The position numbers and the translations under genes were made by a program. This document shows, one piece after another, positions 45,125 to 55,335 of a stretch of DNA of 64,000 nucleotides. The first letter of the stretch is position 1. Each line of letters opens with the position of its first letter. The DNA comes from an uncultured Rubrivirga sp. (GTDB lineage Bacteria; Actinomycetota; Actinomycetes; S36-B12), in NCBI GenBank assembly GCA_964550285.1, contig CAZJYN010000004.1:1950-65949 (forward strand). The letters are read 5' to 3'. The notes under the pieces were generated by a model. It did not search any database, was not told the DNA's origin, and saw only the letters and a program-made list of their open reading frames with translations.

Positions 45125-45267
45125 CAGCCTGACGAGAGGGTGAATCCTTGGCTACTTTCCCATCCACAGCGGGGTACTAGTGCCCCATAATCCCCAGGGA
45201 AGCTCGCCTGATGCGCCAGGCATCGATCCACCCCTGATCCACGCACCCCAATCCCCGGGAGGAAGCC

Positions 45268-45945
45268 ATGCAGGTCGATATCAAGGCGGGCCCCGCCTTC
45301 GCCTATGGAGAGATCACCCTGGCACCGAGTGCAGCGGTGCGCGTGGAGGCGGGTGCGATGGCCATGCAGCGAGGGGACGTCACGATCGCCACGTCGACCC
45401 AGGGCGGATTCCTCAAGGGGCTGAAGCGCAGCCTGGGTGGCGAGAGCTTCTTCGTGAACGATTTCTCCGCCGGATCCGGGGGAGGCGTCGTCGGTGTCGC
45501 GGCTGCACTGCCAGGTGACATGACCGTAGTGGACCTTCCGGGCAGCAACTCCCTGATGGTCCAGTCAGGTTCGTGGATCGCCTCCGATCCCAGCGTGGAC
45601 GTGGATTCGAGTTGGGGAGGCGGCAAGACCTTCTTCAGCGGCGAGGGCCTAGTGCTGTTGAAATGTTCAGGACAAGGACAGGTACTCGTTTCGGCGTACG
45701 GCGCCATCATCGATGCCACGTTGCAGGCGGGCGAGACCATGACCCTGGATACCGGTCACGTGGTCGCTTTCGACGAGACGATCCAGTACTCGGTCCGTAA
45801 GGCGGGCAGCTGGAAGACCAGCATCCTCGGCGGCGAAGGGCTCGTGACCGACTTCACCGGTCCGGGTCGTATTTGGATGCAAACGCGCAGCACACCGGAC
45901 TTCGTGAACTGGCTGAAATCGGTTCTTCCGGGCAATCGGAGTTGA
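45268..45945 (+). CDS. AIM24 / TIGR00266 (DUF124) family protein
   Basis: 225 aa. GESFFVNDF, MVQSGSWIA, FFSGEGLVLLKCSGQG, GEGLVTDFTGPGRIWMQTR are the typical family pattern. RBS GGGAGGAAG. Confidence 0.8.
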   Translation: MQVDIKAGPAFAYGEITLAPSAAVRVEAGAMAMQRGDVTIATSTQGGFLKGLKRSLGGESFFVNDFSAGSGGGVVGVAAALPGDMTVVDLPGSNSLMVQSGSWIASDPSVDVDSSWGGGKTFFSGEGLVLLKCSGQGQVLVSAYGAIIDATLQAGETMTLDTGHVVAFDETIQYSVRKAGSWKTSILGGEGLVTDFTGPGRIWMQTRSTPDFVNWLKSVLPGNRS

Positions 45946-45990
45946 CGCAAAGTCCGTATCGAGCCCTAGGCGGGTGCCTACAATCTGAAC

Positions 45991-46599
45991 ATGACTTCAC
46001 CAAATACGGCTGAAGTCGAGGAACCGATAGTCCAGTTCGACTCCTGGGCCTGGGGCCCCGGCGACGTAGTGGTCGTGACCGGGACCCGATGCCCTGAGCG
46101 ATCGCAGGCGACCTTGGCCCTGGCCGGACGAGCTGCCCGAGGGGCGCACTCGCTCCACATCGGTGGACATGGCATCTCCCGTTCGGGCAACGGATGGCTG
46201 TCGGATGCCATCCACCGGCTCACCATCGTTTCGGCTTCGCTGCGCTTTCCTGCACTCGATCCGCTGACCACTCCGCGCGAGGCCGTGCGCACGGTGGGCG
46301 GCCGCGCAGGCGACGCCAGTTTGGGTTTCGCAGGGATCGAGGGTGTGGCCGGCCACACGATCGACTCCCTCGGCCCGCTGGAGAAGGTATTCGTTGCCGC
46401 CGCGGTCGCACATGCCAGTCCCGCCCGCGCGTGCGTACTCGACATCGGACTCGAGGGCTTCACCAGCAGCGAGCAGGCCTCCATAATCACGCTTCTACAA
46501 GGACTCGCCACAACCGATCGGGTAGTCATCACCTCCGGTGTGCAAGCACCGGAATCCACATCAGCCATCGAATACGAGCAGGTAGTGGGAAGCGCATGA
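45991..46599 (+). CDS. degenerate ABC ATPase-like protein (all catalytic motifs lost)
   Basis: 202 aa with NBD-like spacing. Walker A position reads VTGTRCPERSQ, signature position LGPLEK, Walker B position CVLDIGLEG, H-loop position VVITSG. ATGA overlap with the downstream YhgE/Pip gene. Confidence 0.5.
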   Translation: MTSPNTAEVEEPIVQFDSWAWGPGDVVVVTGTRCPERSQATLALAGRAARGAHSLHIGGHGISRSGNGWLSDAIHRLTIVSASLRFPALDPLTTPREAVRTVGGRAGDASLGFAGIEGVAGHTIDSLGPLEKVFVAAAVAHASPARACVLDIGLEGFTSSEQASIITLLQGLATTDRVVITSGVQAPESTSAIEYEQVVGSA

Positions 46600-48947
46600 T
46601 CACGGCGCTTCGCGTGGCTCGCAACACACTGAGTCGGTGGTTCCGCAATCCTTACACCACATTGATCTTCACCGGGCTACTCACCATTCCACTGCTCTAC
46701 GGAGGCACCCTCGTCTGGGCATTCTGGGATCCGATCGGACGCGCCAACAACGTCCCTGTTGCGATCGTCAATCTCGATGAGTCCGTCACCTCCAACGGCC
46801 AGAAGATCGATGCCGGGAAGCAGATCGTCACAACGCTGCTCGATCAAAAGCAGCTGGACTGGTCGGAGACTTCCGCCGAAGAAGCCGCAGCCGGGCTCCA
46901 AGCCAAGAAGTACTACGCGTACCTCACGATTCCCAAGGACTTCTCCGCGCAATTGGCGACCGCCGACACCAGCAAACCGAAGCAAGCCACGATGACACTC
47001 ACGAGCGATGACGCCATCAACTACCTGGTCGGTGTGCTCAGTGAGACGGCAGTCGGCGCCGCCCAAGGACAGGGCAACACGACTGTGCAGCAGCGAGTAC
47101 TCAAGCGCATCTATTCCTCGCTCGGCGTGGCCGAGGGAGACGCGAAGAAGGCCATCGACGGGGTAGAGAAGTTGGCTGGTGGGACGAAGAAGGCCGCCGA
47201 TGCCAGCAAGCAATTAGCTTCCGGTGCGCAGGAAGTGGCCACTGGCAACAAGGACCTCGCAACTGCCGTCGGTAAAGCCGTCGATGCGGTGGACACCGTA
47301 GGAAACGAAGTACTGGACCGGCGTTCGGATATCAGTGTGGTCGCCAGCACGGTCGATGACGTCGATTCGGCCGTCCGCGATATCACCGGCACGTTGACCA
47401 CCATCGAGCAAGCGGCTGCGCAGGGCGACCCTCAAGCAGCGCAGACGGCGGCGCAACTCATCTCGGATCTCGAGACTGAGGTGCTCGTGCCATTGCGGGC
47501 GATCCAGGAGATCGACCAGGGCTTCGCCGATCTGGTTGCCGAGGCGACTCCGGTGCTCGAGCGCATCAACTCGGATCTGTCCGGTGTCGATGCTTTCGTC
47601 GACGATGTGCGGGAGATCCAAGACGCTCTCGATCGGGACGTAGACCTGTTCGCCACGGATCTGGCTGCCTTGTGCGCGGAGTTCCCCAGCGATCGCTGCA
47701 CGGCAGTACAGGAGTCGTACAACCTGCTCATCCGCGATCAAGTGGATGCACTCACCGAGGTGGTCGACGGCAGTACCGACCTCCTGGACTCGATCACCGC
47801 CGATGCAGCAGCGCTGCCCGCAGTGCTGAACGAGGTTGCTGACGATCTGAACACCGTCGCTACGAATCTGAGCGAGGTCGAGTCCGAGGTGACGACGATC
47901 GCAGGGAAGCTCCGGGATCTCGAGGCCCGTGTGCAACGCACTCTGCCGCCGTTGGCTACGAGCTTAGAGGGGGTGACGACCACGCTTTCCGGGGACATCC
48001 AAGCTCCGCTCGATGACATCGCTGCACGCGCGGACGCTCTAGCGTCCGGTCAGTCGGTCATCACCCAAGGCGTCGCAGACGTCGAGACCGCGGTGAAGGA
48101 CGCGGACAGCAAGATCACCGAACTAGCCAGCGGTAGCGAGCAGGTCGCATCGGGAGCAGGTGAACTATCCAGCGCGCTGGTCACCGAGATCGCTCCCGGT
48201 ACCGAGCAGTTGGCCTCGAGTGTGAAGAATGCAGCGGACAACGCACCCGGCATCGTCAACGCCGATCAAAAGGACTTCACGACCGTGCTGTCCTCCCCGA
48301 TCAAGGTGGATCGGAACATCTTGAATTCGGTGCCCAAGTTCGGTGATGGCTTCGCGCCCTACTTCGTTCCGTTGGCGCTGTGGGTCGGTGCCTTGGTCGT
48401 CCTGCTCTTCGTGCCGCCCTTGAACATCGCCGGGAGGATGTCCGGGATGCCCGCCTGGAAGGTCGCGCTCGGTTCCTTCGCGCCGCTGGCCCTCATCGGC
48501 TTCGTCCAAACCACGGTGCTCTGGGCGGCGTTGAAGTTCGGGCTGGGGCTGGTCACTGCCTCGCCGATCTGGCTGTATGCGTCCCTACTGGTTTCCAGCC
48601 TCGCCTTCCTTGCCATCATCCAATTGCTGAAGGCGACATTCGGCCTGATCGGGGATGGGCTCGCGGTGGCTCTGCTTGTCCTCCAGGTGACGGGCGATGA
48701 AGGGGCCTACCCGATTCCGACCTTCCCGGAACTACTGCAGTGGCTGCATCCGTACCTACCCATGAGTTTCTCGGTCGACGCGATTCGACGCAGCACGGCC
48801 TCGACCGATATCCAACCCTACGTATCCCAGGACTTGCTCATCTTGTTCGTGTTCGGCCTGGTGTCCGTGACACTCACCGGCCTTGTCGCCCGCACTCGTC
48901 GCAACGCGACCACCGACGAGGTCAAGCCCTTGATCTTCCTCAACTGA
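46596..48947 (+). CDS. YhgE/Pip-domain membrane protein (ABC-2-like permease with ~560-aa extracellular helical insert)
   Basis: ORF 46194..48947 trimmed to ATG 46596 ([29 protein letters not shown]). One N-terminal TM, then a long Ala/Gln/Asp/Val-rich helical region with repeated [11 protein letters not shown] / [11 protein letters not shown] motifs. 5 C-terminal TM segments. Confidence 0.75.
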   Translation: MITALRVARNTLSRWFRNPYTTLIFTGLLTIPLLYGGTLVWAFWDPIGRANNVPVAIVNLDESVTSNGQKIDAGKQIVTTLLDQKQLDWSETSAEEAAAGLQAKKYYAYLTIPKDFSAQLATADTSKPKQATMTLTSDDAINYLVGVLSETAVGAAQGQGNTTVQQRVLKRIYSSLGVAEGDAKKAIDGVEKLAGGTKKAADASKQLASGAQEVATGNKDLATAVGKAVDAVDTVGNEVLDRRSDISVVASTVDDVDSAVRDITGTLTTIEQAAAQGDPQAAQTAAQLISDLETEVLVPLRAIQEIDQGFADLVAEATPVLERINSDLSGVDAFVDDVREIQDALDRDVDLFATDLAALCAEFPSDRCTAVQESYNLLIRDQVDALTEVVDGSTDLLDSITADAAALPAVLNEVADDLNTVATNLSEVESEVTTIAGKLRDLEARVQRTLPPLATSLEGVTTTLSGDIQAPLDDIAARADALASGQSVITQGVADVETAVKDADSKITELASGSEQVASGAGELSSALVTEIAPGTEQLASSVKNAADNAPGIVNADQKDFTTVLSSPIKVDRNILNSVPKFGDGFAPYFVPLALWVGALVVLLFVPPLNIAGRMSGMPAWKVALGSFAPLALIGFVQTTVLWAALKFGLGLVTASPIWLYASLLVSSLAFLAIIQLLKATFGLIGDGLAVALLVLQVTGDEGAYPIPTFPELLQWLHPYLPMSFSVDAIRRSTASTDIQPYVSQDLLILFVFGLVSVTLTGLVARTRRNATTDEVKPLIFLN

Positions 48948-51168
48948 CCGAGCGGAAACTCCTCAGTCGCAGACTGTTCGTGACGACGAAGACCGAGGAG
49001 AAGGCCATCGCCGCGCCGGCGATCATCGGATTGAGTAGGCCGGCCATCGCCAGGGGAATCGCGGCCACGTTGTAAGCGAAGGCCCAGAACAGGTTTCCTT
49101 TGATGGTCGACAGGGTCTTGCGGGAGAGTCGGATGGCATCGACGATGCTTCGTGGATCCGAGCGCATAAGCGTGATGTCGCTCGCCTCGATCGCAACATC
49201 GGTTCCCGAGCCCATCGCCATGCCGAGGTCGGCTTGGGCGAGCGCGGCTGCATCATTGACACCATCACCGACCATGGCGACGCGCTTGCCCCGTTCCTGG
49301 AGTTCGGAAACCGTGGCGATCTTGTCTTCCGGGAGCACCTCAGCGATGACCGACTCGATACCGAGCTGTCGAGCAACTGCCTCGGCTACCGCGGTGTTAT
49401 CTCCGGTGACCATGATCGGCTCGAGTCCGAGTGTCTTCAAATCCCTCACGGCCGCAGCACTCTCGACTTTGACGGCGTCGGCGACCGCTACTGCCCCGAG
49501 GAAGGCGCCATCGACAGCGGCGCACACGACCGTTCGACCGAGGTTCTGCTGGCTGTCGACCCACTCGCGCGCTGCGGCGGGTACGTCAATCGACCATTGC
49601 CCAGCGATCCAAGACAGCCGACCCGCGACCACCGCACGACCTTCGACTACTCCCTGCACCCCTTGCCCTTGCGTGCTTAGGAAGGAATCGACCGGGCTGA
49701 ATGCATCGGCTGAGGCGGTAATCGCCTGACCGATCGGGTGCTCGGAAGCCGACTCCACTGCAGCGACCAAAGAGAGCACTTCCTCGGCATGCGACGCGGT
49801 ATCGGAGAGGATGTCTACGACGGTCATCCGACCCTCGGTGAGCGTGCCGGTCTTATCGAGCACGATGGACTGGACCCGACGGGTGGATTCCAGGATCTCC
49901 GGACCACGGATGACGATTCCCATCTGCGCTCCACGTCCGGTTCCCACCAACAGCGCAGTGGGTGTGGCCAAGCCGAGTGCACACGGGCAGGCGATGATCA
50001 ACACGGCAACCGAAGCGGTGAAAGCGAAGGAAACCGAGCCGCCGAAGGCGATCCACCCGACGGCGGTGAGGATCGCCAGGACGATCACGATCGGCACGAA
50101 TACGGCCGAGACTCGATCGGCAAGCCGCTGCACGGGAGCCTTCTGCGCCTGCGCTTGCTCGACCATCGACGCGATGCGGGCAAGTTGGGTATCGGAGCCG
50201 ACCTTCGTCGCACGCACTATTAGTCGACCGGCGGTATTGATGCCCGCCCCGATGACCAGATCGCCTGGGCCGACTTCCACCGGAACCGGTTCGCCGGTCA
50301 GCAGGCTCATGTCGACTGAGGAATGGCCACCAACTACTTCACCATCGGTCGCGACCTTCTCCCCCGGCCGCACGATGAATTCCTCGCCGACTTGCAGGGA
50401 GTCGATCGGGACGCGTTCCTCCCTGCCGTCCCGCAGGACAACAACGTCCTTGGCACCCATCGACATCAACGCCGTCAACGCCCGGCTGCTGCGCTGCTTG
50501 GCCCGGGCTTCGAAGTATCGGCCGAGCAGGATGAAGGTGGTCACGGCTGCCGCAACCTCGAGGTAGATCTCGTTCGCGCCACCGCCTTGGGTAGGCAGCA
50601 GGTGGAAAGTCATCCGCATGCCCGGCTCGCCGGCGCCGCCGAGGAAGAGCGTGTAGAGCGACCACAAGAAGGCCGCCCCGACACCCATCGAGACGAGGGT
50701 GTCCATGTTGGCAGCGCCGTGCCGGAGGTTGATCCACGCTGCCCGGTGGAATGGCAACGCACCCCACACCACCACCGGTGCCGCGAGGGTGAGGCTGAGC
50801 CACTGCCAATAGTCGAACTGGATCGGTGGGACCATCGCAAGGACTACCACTGGGACGGTGAGTATGGCGCTGATCGCCACCCGCCGGCGCAGTTCGGTGA
50901 CTTCGTCGTCTTCTTCAGGCTCCGCCGATTCATGCTCGGCCCTGGGCTCCGCGGCCGTGTACCCGGTGGCTTCGACCGTTGCGATGGCATCGGAGACGGA
51001 GGTTCCCTCCGGAAGGGTGACGTGGGCACGCTCGGTGGCGTAGTTGACCGTCGCGGACACACCCGGCATGCGATTTAGTTTCTTCTCGACGCGGGCAGCG
51101 CAGGAGGCACAGGTCATACCGCCGATGTCGAGATCGACTTCGGCGGCGGCGTGCGTGGGAGTTGTCAT
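48940..51168 (-). CDS. copA: copper-translocating P1B-type ATPase
   Basis: N-terminal HMA domain [20 protein letters not shown] motif [20 protein letters not shown] phosphorylation site, [10 protein letters not shown] hinge. Confidence 0.9.
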   Translation of the reverse strand: MTTPTHAAAEVDLDIGGMTCASCAARVEKKLNRMPGVSATVNYATERAHVTLPEGTSVSDAIATVEATGYTAAEPRAEHESAEPEEDDEVTELRRRVAISAILTVPVVVLAMVPPIQFDYWQWLSLTLAAPVVVWGALPFHRAAWINLRHGAANMDTLVSMGVGAAFLWSLYTLFLGGAGEPGMRMTFHLLPTQGGGANEIYLEVAAAVTTFILLGRYFEARAKQRSSRALTALMSMGAKDVVVLRDGREERVPIDSLQVGEEFIVRPGEKVATDGEVVGGHSSVDMSLLTGEPVPVEVGPGDLVIGAGINTAGRLIVRATKVGSDTQLARIASMVEQAQAQKAPVQRLADRVSAVFVPIVIVLAILTAVGWIAFGGSVSFAFTASVAVLIIACPCALGLATPTALLVGTGRGAQMGIVIRGPEILESTRRVQSIVLDKTGTLTEGRMTVVDILSDTASHAEEVLSLVAAVESASEHPIGQAITASADAFSPVDSFLSTQGQGVQGVVEGRAVVAGRLSWIAGQWSIDVPAAAREWVDSQQNLGRTVVCAAVDGAFLGAVAVADAVKVESAAAVRDLKTLGLEPIMVTGDNTAVAEAVARQLGIESVIAEVLPEDKIATVSELQERGKRVAMVGDGVNDAAALAQADLGMAMGSGTDVAIEASDITLMRSDPRSIVDAIRLSRKTLSTIKGNLFWAFAYNVAAIPLAMAGLLNPMIAGAAMAFSSVFVVTNSLRLRSFRSVS

Positions 51169-51171
51169 GCG

Positions 51172-51387
51172 CTAGGAGATGAGTTCGTATCCGGCTTCGT
51201 CGACCGCAGCGCCGACCGCTGCTCGATCGAGTTCGGTAGCACTCGTGACGGTAACGGGCGAGTCGCCACCCTCGATGAGTTCGATGCTCACCTCGTTTAC
51301 GCCGTCGATTTGCTCGATCTCCTCGGTCACGGCATTGACGCAGTGTCCGCAGGTCATGCCTCGAACGGTGTAGGTGGTACTCGTCAT
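51172..51387 (-). CDS. copZ: heavy-metal-associated copper chaperone
   Basis: 71 aa, GMTCGHCVNAV MxCxxC motif. Lies directly upstream of copA. Confidence 0.85.
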   Translation of the reverse strand: MTSTTYTVRGMTCGHCVNAVTEEIEQIDGVNEVSIELIEGGDSPVTVTSATELDRAAVGAAVDEAGYELIS

Positions 51388-51416
51388 CTCGTGTTCCTTT
51401 CCACTTCGCTACTTCG

Positions 51417-51698
51417 TTAGCTCTTGACCAAACGCGCAACGGCGTCGGATGCTTCTTTCACTTTGACATCGGCGACGTCTCCGCCTTCGAGCAGGGCGTC
51501 GGCCACGCAGTGCCCGAGGTGGTCTTCGAGCAGCAGCAGTGCCACCGACTGCAAGGCCTTCGTGGTTGCGGACACCTGGGTTAGGACGTCGATGCAGTAC
51601 GTGTCCTCCTCGACCATGCGCTGCAGCCCGCGAACTTGACCCTCCACGCGCTTGAGCCTGTTGACGAGCGCTTCCTTGTCGGCTGCGTACCCCGGCAT
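51417..51698 (-). CDS. csoR: copper-sensing CsoR-family repressor
   Basis: 93 aa. RLKRVEGQVRGLQRMVEEDTYCIDVLTQ and LEDHLGHCV give the C-H-C Cu(I) ligand pattern of CsoR/DUF156. Confidence 0.85.
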   Translation of the reverse strand: MPGYAADKEALVNRLKRVEGQVRGLQRMVEEDTYCIDVLTQVSATTKALQSVALLLLEDHLGHCVADALLEGGDVADVKVKEASDAVARLVKS

Positions 51699-51715
51699 CT
51701 ACCCTCCCGATATGT

Positions 51716-51732
51716 ATACCCCCCTAGGGTAT
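51716..51732. promoter_or_regulatory. candidate CsoR operator ATACCC-CCCTA-GGGTAT
   Basis: Inverted repeat read directly from the sequence, 18 bp upstream of the csoR start and just upstream of the RBS GGGAGGG. From memory, it resembles the AT-flanked GC-rich ATACCC..GGGTAT operators described for actinobacterial CsoR regulons. Confidence 0.6.
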
Positions 51733-51735
51733 CAG

Positions 51736-53280
51736 TCAGGAGCAGATGAGTTCACCGGTGGGCAGCACTCCGGCGAGCAGGTAGGCGTCGACGGCATCGT
51801 CGACACACGCCGATCCCTCCAGATAGGCGGTGTGGTTGAACGCATCCCAGGTGATCAGGTGACCGTCCTCCAGGCTGCGCGCGAGATCCACTCCCCACCG
51901 ATACGGGGTGGCCGGGTCGCCCGTGGTGGACAGCACCAGGATCGGTGGCGCACCGCCTGCTTGAACCGGCTCATCTCGTCCCTCGAGATCACCGGTCACC
52001 GGCCAATCGGCGCACGCGAGCAGGCCCCATGCCAATGCCGGTCCGAAGGTCGGTGCCTGCGCCTGCCACTCATCGGCCAACCGCATCGCTTCGCCTTCGT
52101 CGCCATCGAACGGCAGATCCGTGCAACTCACGGCGTAGAAGGAATCGGTGGAGTTATCCAGGTAGCGCCCATCGCTCGAGCGATTCGTGCGCTCATCGAC
52201 CAGTGCCAGCAGTGCCGATCCATCGCCTTGTTGAACTGCCTCGCTCAATGCTGAGCGAAGACGCGGATAGTCCCCATCGGGAAAGTACAAGAAGGAAAGC
52301 ACCGCATAGGAGCCGAGTGATTCGGTGAGTTCACGACCGTCCGTCGTGGGCAAGGCAGCGGAGTCGAGCGAGTCGAGGAAAGCCCTGAGTTCGGTGAGCA
52401 CCGCTTGTTGGTCGCCGGGGAAAGGACACTCACCCGAGGCAGCGCAGTCAGCTGCGAAGTTACGAAGTGAGTTCTCGAAGCCGACCGCCTGGCCGAAGGA
52501 GACCTCCGTTTGATCTAAGTCGGTGGGCAGTACTCCATCGAGCACCATCCGACCGACGAAGGACGGAAACAACTGCGCGTACCAGGCGCCGATAGCGGTG
52601 CCGTAGGACTTGCCGAGATAGTTCAGGACCGGTTCATCGAGGACCGCGCGCACGATATCCATGTCACGGGCCACCGAGACGGTTCCCATATGGCGCCACA
52701 ATTCCGGAGCGTTGCGCTCACACTCCTCGGCGATGAGCCTGGAGTCCTCGACGAGTTCGCGGCCCTCGTCGGGGGTATCGGGTGTGCCATCGGAGGCGAA
52801 TATCTCGTCGATCTGCGCATCGCTTAAACAGCGCACCGGCTGGCTCTTGCCGACCCCGCGGGGATCGACGCCCACGATGTCGAAGGATTCCCGGATCTCC
52901 GGCGAGACGATGAAGTCCGCCGCTTTGGCGTAGTCGAAGGCACTGCCCCCAGGTCCACCGGGATTGACGAACAAGGCACCGATCGCTTCACCCGTGGCCG
53001 GAACCTTGGTCACCGCCAACTCGACGTCATCCCCGGTTGGGTCGTCGTAGTCCAGGGGAACACGCACCTTGGTGCATTCGGCGCCCCCGCATTCCCGCCA
53101 ATCGAGTTCTTGGGCATAGAACCCGGCGAGTGGATCGGCCTGCTCGACAGTCGGGCTCTCGGTCGGGGTGGGCGCAGGAGGTGTCGGGGGGACAGCCTCG
53201 GGCGCACTCGAGCAGCCAGCGATGAGCATGCCCGCGATGAGTATCCCCCCGAGGGAAGTTGCTGCGCGCATGGCACACAC
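51736..53280 (-). CDS. secreted lipoprotein, alpha/beta hydrolase of the tripeptidyl-aminopeptidase (TAP, S33) type
   Basis: Lipobox LIAGCSS. NPGGPGGS oxyanion-region motif, nucleophile elbow GKSYGT, C-terminal TAP-like domain (STTGDPATPY). Confidence 0.75.
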   Translation of the reverse strand: MCAMRAATSLGGILIAGMLIAGCSSAPEAVPPTPPAPTPTESPTVEQADPLAGFYAQELDWRECGGAECTKVRVPLDYDDPTGDDVELAVTKVPATGEAIGALFVNPGGPGGSAFDYAKAADFIVSPEIRESFDIVGVDPRGVGKSQPVRCLSDAQIDEIFASDGTPDTPDEGRELVEDSRLIAEECERNAPELWRHMGTVSVARDMDIVRAVLDEPVLNYLGKSYGTAIGAWYAQLFPSFVGRMVLDGVLPTDLDQTEVSFGQAVGFENSLRNFAADCAASGECPFPGDQQAVLTELRAFLDSLDSAALPTTDGRELTESLGSYAVLSFLYFPDGDYPRLRSALSEAVQQGDGSALLALVDERTNRSSDGRYLDNSTDSFYAVSCTDLPFDGDEGEAMRLADEWQAQAPTFGPALAWGLLACADWPVTGDLEGRDEPVQAGGAPPILVLSTTGDPATPYRWGVDLARSLEDGHLITWDAFNHTAYLEGSACVDDAVDAYLLAGVLPTGELICS

Positions 53281-53306
53281 GGTAACCGGCGACGTACTCT
53301 CCTCCT

Positions 53307-54119
53307 GTGGGCCGATTCACGCCGAGCGGATCCGATTTCTCCGCTTCGATCGAGCAAGCCGTACAGCGCGGCCGGGAACTATGGGACTCCTTCCGCGGGG
53401 AGCCGGCTAGTTGGCGCGAACTCCAGCGCGAGTCACGCCTCAGCGCCGCTGCCGCGCGTCGGGAGCAGCGCGCTTACACAGCGCGAAAGAGCCAGGCCCA
53501 GACGCTGATGATCGGTGGCACGGCAGTCGGCGCCTCCTCAGGGACCGTGGGCGTCATCGACCTAGTGGCTACGAGTAGCGGGGAATTCGCCTGGTTCGCG
53601 ATCGCGGCAGCCGGCGCGGTGGCAGGAGTGATCGGCGCGCGTGCCTGGCGGCGACTCGTCCCTCCAGCACCCGTGACACCGATCGAGGCCGCACCCGCCG
53701 CCGTTCGCCGCGGGGCCATCGGCCACGAGTCGGTCGTCCGGTACACCGCAGTTCGCGTTCAGGTAGTGCAGGTGGCTCGTGCGATCGAGCCGTTGCATGC
53801 CGATGCCGCGGCCGAGATTCGATCGGCCGATGCGCAGGTGGCGCCAACTCTCAACGCCCTCGCCGAACGGCTCCGCGTGCTCGACGATATGTCCCGGCGG
53901 ATGCCCGGAACCACGACAGCCCAAACGGCGGTGACCTCGGCTCACGCGGTCAGCGAGCAACTCGATCGAGGATCGGCTGCCTACGACGTCCTGCTTGCGG
54001 CCGCCGCTCGACTACTCGCAGAGCCGGACATCGGCCAGCCGGCGCCGGCGATACTCGAGCCCGCATCGACGGCGCTGATCGCCTATGCGCACGGCCTTCG
54101 CTCGGCCTCGCAGATCTGA
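53307..54119 (+). CDS. hypothetical membrane protein
   Basis: 270 aa, GTG start. Two central hydrophobic segments and an Ala-rich C-terminal half. No family recognised. Confidence 0.45.
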   Translation: MGRFTPSGSDFSASIEQAVQRGRELWDSFRGEPASWRELQRESRLSAAAARREQRAYTARKSQAQTLMIGGTAVGASSGTVGVIDLVATSSGEFAWFAIAAAGAVAGVIGARAWRRLVPPAPVTPIEAAPAAVRRGAIGHESVVRYTAVRVQVVQVARAIEPLHADAAAEIRSADAQVAPTLNALAERLRVLDDMSRRMPGTTTAQTAVTSAHAVSEQLDRGSAAYDVLLAAAARLLAEPDIGQPAPAILEPASTALIAYAHGLRSASQI

Positions 54120-54129
54120 GCGTCCCACC

Positions 54130-55335
54130 TCAGGCGGATACGCGAACCGCGGGATCCTTCAACTGCACCATCGATGCTTCGAGCACGCTGCGCGGGTTCC
54201 CCCCTGCGAACAACACGACTCGCTCATGTTCGAGAGCCTCGAGCCGCCGGACAGTCTGTTCCGGGGTAGACGCTGCGGCGATCTGATCCACTTGGGAACG
54301 CATCTCCTCATTTATCAGTTCCACGTTCGCGTCCAACTGCACAGCGAGTACATCGCGGAACAAGCCGATGAGATCGACGAGTGCTCGATCGACCTCGTCG
54401 GTGACCAGGCGCCTGCGGCGTCGCTTGTGCTCTTGGGTCAATTCCTTGACCTCGCGATCGTGCGCACGCTTCAAGGCTCCGCTGAGCCTGGTCACACCCT
54501 CTGCATAGAACCGGTCCTTCAGTGCTGCCGTTTCCGATTCATCGAGCCGATCCGCCCGCGCTTCGGCAACCGCACTGGCGGCATCGAAAACCTCACCGGC
54601 GGCGAACACGCATGCCGCGAGGTCACGAAGCCCCATCGGCGCCTTCAAATACTGCTGCCGACGCTCGCGGGTTGCCGGATCGGTCGCCAAGGCACGGGCT
54701 CGTCCGATGTGTCCTTGGGCCGCGCGGGCTGCGAACGCCGCGATCGTCTCGTCGACTCCATGGGTGTCCACGAGCATCTGGGTGATGTCTTCTGCGCGCG
54801 GCGTGCGCAGACCGACATGCCGCACGCGAGAGGTGATCGTGGGTAGGACGTCCTCCACACTCGGAGCGCACAGGATCCATACGGTATGCGGGGTGGGCTC
54901 CTCGAGTGACTTCAACAGATGGTTAGCGGCGTGATCGTTCAGGCGATCGGCATCTTCGATCACGATCACCCGCCACATGCTGCTGATCGGTGCCTGGGCT
55001 GCCATCGAGATGAGCGGGTGCACGTGGTGTATTAGCAATTCCGAGCCCTCGGGGATCTCTACGTGGACATCGGGATGTCCTCCGTACGCGGCTGTTCGAC
55101 ACGCCTGGCACCGACCACATCCAGATTCCGCGCACACCAACGCGGTGGCGAACGTGGTGGCGGCCAACGATCGACCCGATCCGGGCGGGCCGGTGATCAA
55201 CCAAGCGTGCGACATCGCCGGCCCGGCTTCTCCACGGGTGATGGCATCGGCATCCTCGACAGCGGCCGCGAGCACTGCCACGGCCTCGTCTTGTCCGATC
55301 AGGGCGGACCACAACTCCGGAACCGGATTCATCAC
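54130..55335 (-). CDS. holB: DNA polymerase III subunit delta'
   Basis: HAWLITGPPGSGRS, Zn module CGRCQACR, IEDADRL. Lies directly downstream of tmk with an overlapping junction, the conserved actinobacterial arrangement. Confidence 0.85.
   Translation of the reverse strand: MMNPVPELWSALIGQDEAVAVLAAAVEDADAITRGEAGPAMSHAWLITGPPGSGRSLAATTFATALVCAESGCGRCQACRTAAYGGHPDVHVEIPEGSELLIHHVHPLISMAAQAPISSMWRVIVIEDADRLNDHAANHLLKSLEEPTPHTVWILCAPSVEDVLPTITSRVRHVGLRTPRAEDITQMLVDTHGVDETIAAFAARAAQGHIGRARALATDPATRERRQQYLKAPMGLRDLAACVFAAGEVFDAASAVAEARADRLDESETAALKDRFYAEGVTRLSGALKRAHDREVKELTQEHKRRRRRLVTDEVDRALVDLIGLFRDVLAVQLDANVELINEEMRSQVDQIAAASTPEQTVRRLEALEHERVVLFAGGNPRSVLEASMVQLKDPAVRVSA

Noticed and set aside
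35969-45200. Possible genomic island integrated at tRNA-Thr (adhesin, GT2 and two-component genes flanking the tRNA)
   Set aside because: I could find no integrase, recombinase or transposase gene and no second copy of the tRNA 3' end (AGCCGCCTCGGGGATTTGAACCCC) by eye. Spot GC counts (about 57 percent at 39121..39180 and about 58 percent at 7001..7060) do not separate the region from the rest. A windowed GC/codon-usage computation and a repeat search would be needed to revisit this.
46194-46595. N-terminal 134-codon extension of the YhgE/Pip ORF
   Set aside because: The extension is Arg/His/Gly-rich and overlaps the NBD-like gene in another frame. The internal ATG 46596 gives the canonical Pip N-terminus ([14 protein letters not shown] helix) and an ATGA coupling.
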